Origin: Podarcis gaigeae
Lineage: Eukaryota
Strand: one strand, 5' to 3'
Assembly (NCBI GenBank): GCA_964106915.2
Contig: OZ066925.1
Length of the DNA stretch: 64,000 nucleotides
A program made the position numbers and the translations under genes. Below the pieces are notes generated by a model. The model had not been told where the DNA came from and did not search any database. It was given only the letters and a program-made list of their open reading frames with translations. Below are positions 60,071-64,000 of the stretch, piece after piece (positions within the stretch are counted from its first letter, which is position 1; each line of letters begins with the position of its first letter).

Positions 60071-62330
60071 TCAAAAACTGTGGCATTCCTTGTTACTGTT
60101 CCAGGACTATACACAATGGAGCCATAAATCCTGCTTAATGGGCTGAAGCTCCAAAAACCATGTCAAGTAGTTAATGCTTACGACCACTAAATTTTGCACT
60201 GTATTCATTTGATTGTTTCATGGTTTCCATTGTTTGTTCAAGTGAAGGAAACCATTAGAAAGTCTAATCGGGTCTTTATTTCATCCAATTAGGAATGCTG
60301 CATTTTAATAGTTCGTTTGATTGGCTATAATATTTCAATCTCAAAGGATGCATGCTAATTGCATTTGTATTTTGGAATTTCATAAAGAACTGAGCCCTTC
60401 ACCTGCCAAAACAACAGTGATTTGCACAATTATTGAAAATATTCACTGCTGTGTGCTTGATAAGAAGATTGCTGCATCAGAGTATGGGAACATTTTGGGT
60501 CATAAAAACTTTGAAATGCAAAATGAATCAGTCAGAGTCATATAAGTGATGTGAAATAATAGTGGGACTAGTTATGCCATCAATGTACATGGTACTGTGT
60601 AAAATATAAGAGGGTATATCCCTGGCCCATGGGGTTTTACAGTTTCATCAATTAATCTGTCAATCAGTTAATCATGGTAGATCCACGGACATACAATTTA
60701 GAATATATAATCCATGTGAAATATTTGTGTTTGTGTGTGCATTATGCAGTCATTATTATGCAAGTAGCAGTTTTGGATATTGGTTCTTCCATAGAGCAAG
60801 GATATCTTTCAGGTCTTGATTCCCCACCCACCTCACCCCCAGTATCTAGGGATTTTTTTTCCCTTATAGTCAAGTGGTATATTAATTTGAATGAATGAAT
60901 GAATGAATAGTACTTTATTTACCTCACAGCTTGATTTTTAAAAAAGAGACTTTGCTGTGATACAGTGACTGGTAGAAACAGGGGACAGAAATATTGCCAG
61001 AGTAATATTTCTGGCAAAAAACGTTTTTGTTGTTATAATGATGATGATGATGATGTCCATCTGACTGGGTTGCCCCAGACATTCTGGGTGGCTCCCATCA
61101 GATTAAAACATCAAGGACAGCAAAACAACAAATGTTTTAAAAAAACTTCCCTATACAGGGCTGCCTTCTAAAAGTCAGATAGTTGTTTATTTCCTTGACA
61201 TCTTCCGGGAGGGCGGGCACAGCTACCAAGAAGGCCCACTGCCTTCTGGGTAAAAAGAGTATGAACCTAAGTGTGGCTGCTCAATTACCAATGTATGTGA
61301 ATGTGTGGCTACCAATCCCCCCGCCCAATGAAATCAGAAAGGATATAATGCATGTATGGAATTCATAAGGGCAGAGCCATAGCTCAGAGGTGGTGCACAT
61401 GCATTGCATACCACGGTTCTTAGAAATTAGTTTCTGACATCTCTGGGAAGGGCTGGGAAAGACCCACCTCTGATACCTTGGACAGCTCCTGCGATTCGGT
61501 AGGTGGTAGCTTCCAGAAGACACAGGTTTGTTATCATTGCTGTTTGTTATTCCATTGTTTCTGTATAATGCCATGTGATCCCAAGGACTTGGAGCTATTT
61601 GATTTGCCTTCCCTATGTATGGTGCTTTAAAATATTTTTAAAATAAACTCCAATTCCATTTTAATGAACAGTTTTGAAGGGGTTGCACATGTGTTTCATT
61701 TAGGCTCATATTCTCGAGTCACTGGTGGAGGTTAGGTGATCATCTGTCAGGGAACCTGTCCCATTAAACTTTAATTAGTTTAATGCTAAGCAAATGTCCA
61801 GTGCGCTTCCAACGCCACAAGTCCCATTACAGCAGAGCATTTCGCGCAGCGGTTTAAGAAGGGCTGGAGAGTCAGTATCTTTTCAATAAGGGAATCTTGG
61901 AGCAAGCGGTTTGGAACTCAAAGAAAAGGTTTATTTACAAAAGAAAAAAAATCCTGGCGACGAACCACACATATCAGCAAACACGCCCAAAGGGGACAAA
62001 CACACGAGTGAACTCACATTCCTGGAAGCTTAACGACTTCCAGCTGCTCAGTGATTAGAGTATCTTGCTACCTCTTAACCCTTTGGTAGCAACAGAACCT
62101 TTAGCTGGGATTCCTGCATTGAAGGGGATTGGACTAGATGACTCTCGGGAACCCAACTCTACAATTCTTTGTATCTCTCTTATAGTCAGCCTATTGGCAT
62201 GGTTCACACTTCTGCCTTGGCCCTCTGCACATTGTACTGATGCAGTCTAGTTAAGAGGGAGCTCAGCTACCCAATCACTTCAGCCTCTTAGACCATGGGC
62301 TACTGCTGCTTGAGTGATGAGCATCTAACC

Positions 62331-62711
62331 AGTCACTACTAACATTTGTTAAGGATTGGAAAATTTTTACGGACTTTTTGCGTGAAAGAGAAAATGTACT
62401 ACCCGGATCTGAACATTGAAAAAAATACTGGTTTATAGAAGAAAGAATGATTGGATCTTAAAGAATGAACATAATATGTAGCTGCCAGAAATCCTTTTAT
62501 TTTATTCTATCTTTCTTTGGTTTTTTTCCTTTTCGCTTGCTTTCTCCTTCTTTAGATTTCTCCTTTTCTTGCATTTTCTTCTTCTGATTTTGCTCTTTTT
62601 AAAGATTAAGTAGCTGTTTTATCTCAGTATATTATAAAAAAGATACTTTGTAATGGGTTTGTATTTCTGTGTATCTTTCAATAAGTGTCAATAAATAAGA
62701 TTTAAAATGGT
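62331..62711 (+). mobile_element. 5'-truncated L1-like LINE
   Basis: 17-bp TSD GTGATGAGCATC(T/A)AACC at 62314-62330 and 62712-62728. Pyrimidine-rich 3' UTR with AATAAA near the end. Confidence 0.7.
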
Positions 62712-64000
62712 GTGATGAGCATCAAACCTAAGCTGAAGCCTTGGCTTTTGGATTCAGCATTGGAACAGATCTTGTTTACAGCACAGAAGTAATACTGTGA
62801 TATCCTCTGGTCATGGATGCAAAGCTCACCTCTCACCCATAAGCTGAATCTCACATCATTAAAAAGATCATGTGAGGCTTGTATACTTTTGCCACAAACT
62901 CATTCACATCAATAGCAAATGCAAGAAAGAGATCAGGGCATAAGCCTCTTACGTTCCTTGTCCCTGCTGAGTTCCTCCTTTCTCTTCTGTCTTGTTATTT
63001 ACATCAGAAATGCATAATCATGAAACTGAGCATGTAATAAAACTTGATTTATACTAAGTAAATTAATGTAAAGCTTCTGCTACTGCCCTTGTTTATTTTC
63101 TCTGTTATTTTGTGCATCTGCACTGGATTTATTAAAGGGATAAGGCACAGAATGAATATATATATATGAATGAGAATAATCATTTATCCTCTTTCACAAA
63201 ATCACATAATTTATTTTAACTAATGCATATTTACTCATACGTACAGAAAATGAACATTTCATAAATGCTGAATGGTGATATTATCTTAATATATGCCAGT
63301 TATCTGAAAACATTCGAAATTAGATGTGATTGCCAGATAGAGAGAAGTGATGAATAGAAATTATTTTACTAGCTGCAATGTCATTGCACTCAGTGGGACT
63401 CTCCACCACCACTCAAGGGAACGGTACAGGCATCAGTGTAAATAGAGCACAATGGCATGACGTTTCCTTCCATTGGATATTATGAAAACAACACAGCAGA
63501 CATCCTTTGCACCCAGATCATACATTCCAAATTTCACAATGTTGTCTTGGGAAAGGGCATGGCTGGCTTAATCCCTTTAAAGCCCCCCTCCCCCAACACA
63601 CACACAATGCAAAATTTTATTGCAGGTCTCAGTTGTTATTGTGAATGAACTCTCGCCTATAACCAAGAGCTGAAGCCTTCAGAATAAGGTACCTTAGGCT
63701 GTGCGTTTGATGAATGAGTGGCATTCAACTGAAACACAGAGGACAAGCAGAAGTCTCGTCTTAAGCCCTTATCAAAACATTTTGAGCAATGAAATTGTTC
63801 TTACATGTTATAAGCTCATACCACAGGTAGCTTTTTCAGCATCTAAAGAAGGTGGACTCTCCTCTGTCCAGGATGACATGACATTCTGTGAACCTAAAAG
63901 GAAAGAAGCATTTTTCACATCAATGAATGTTAACATTCCATTGACATTTATCTTTCTGACCCATGTATTGGCAGCTACCGTGCTGCTTAGATGTGACATT

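Noticed and set aside
28000-64000. miR-148a or further coding genes expected distally by synteny, and prokaryote-type systems such as CRISPR
   Set aside because: No miR-148 mature sequence, credible coding exons or spacer-repeat arrays were seen by eye. The region behaves as a gene desert.

Overview
Vertebrate genomic DNA from a squamate, most likely a lacertid lizard, judged by Sauria SINEs and Squam3-like SINEs with (CTT)n tails. Two complete minus-strand genes were reconstructed by hand with phase-consistent GT-AG splicing. C7orf31/SPMIP4 has 8 coding exons (20400->5018, about 514 aa). NPVF, the GnIH/RFRP precursor, has 3 coding exons (27682->24751, 199 aa). The CpG island at about 830-1990 is a promoter plus non-coding first exon of a minus-strand gene that leaves the window. 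By conserved amniote synteny (CYCS-C7orf31-NPVF) and its NRF-1/ERR/CRE/CCAAT content it is most likely CYCS. From about 28 kb to the end is a gene desert with many SINEs, LINE fragments, hAT and Tigger-like MITEs, solo LTRs, a Copia relic and several candidate enhancers. I found no convincing novel multi-gene system. The most interesting signals are a remodelled GnIH precursor, a Penelope-type palindrome with a mutated minimal hammerhead ribozyme, a 5S-head/CR1-tail SINE, recurrent hAT insertion at one 8-bp target and nested TE stacks. Orthologue and repeat-family comparisons are from memory; no searches were run.
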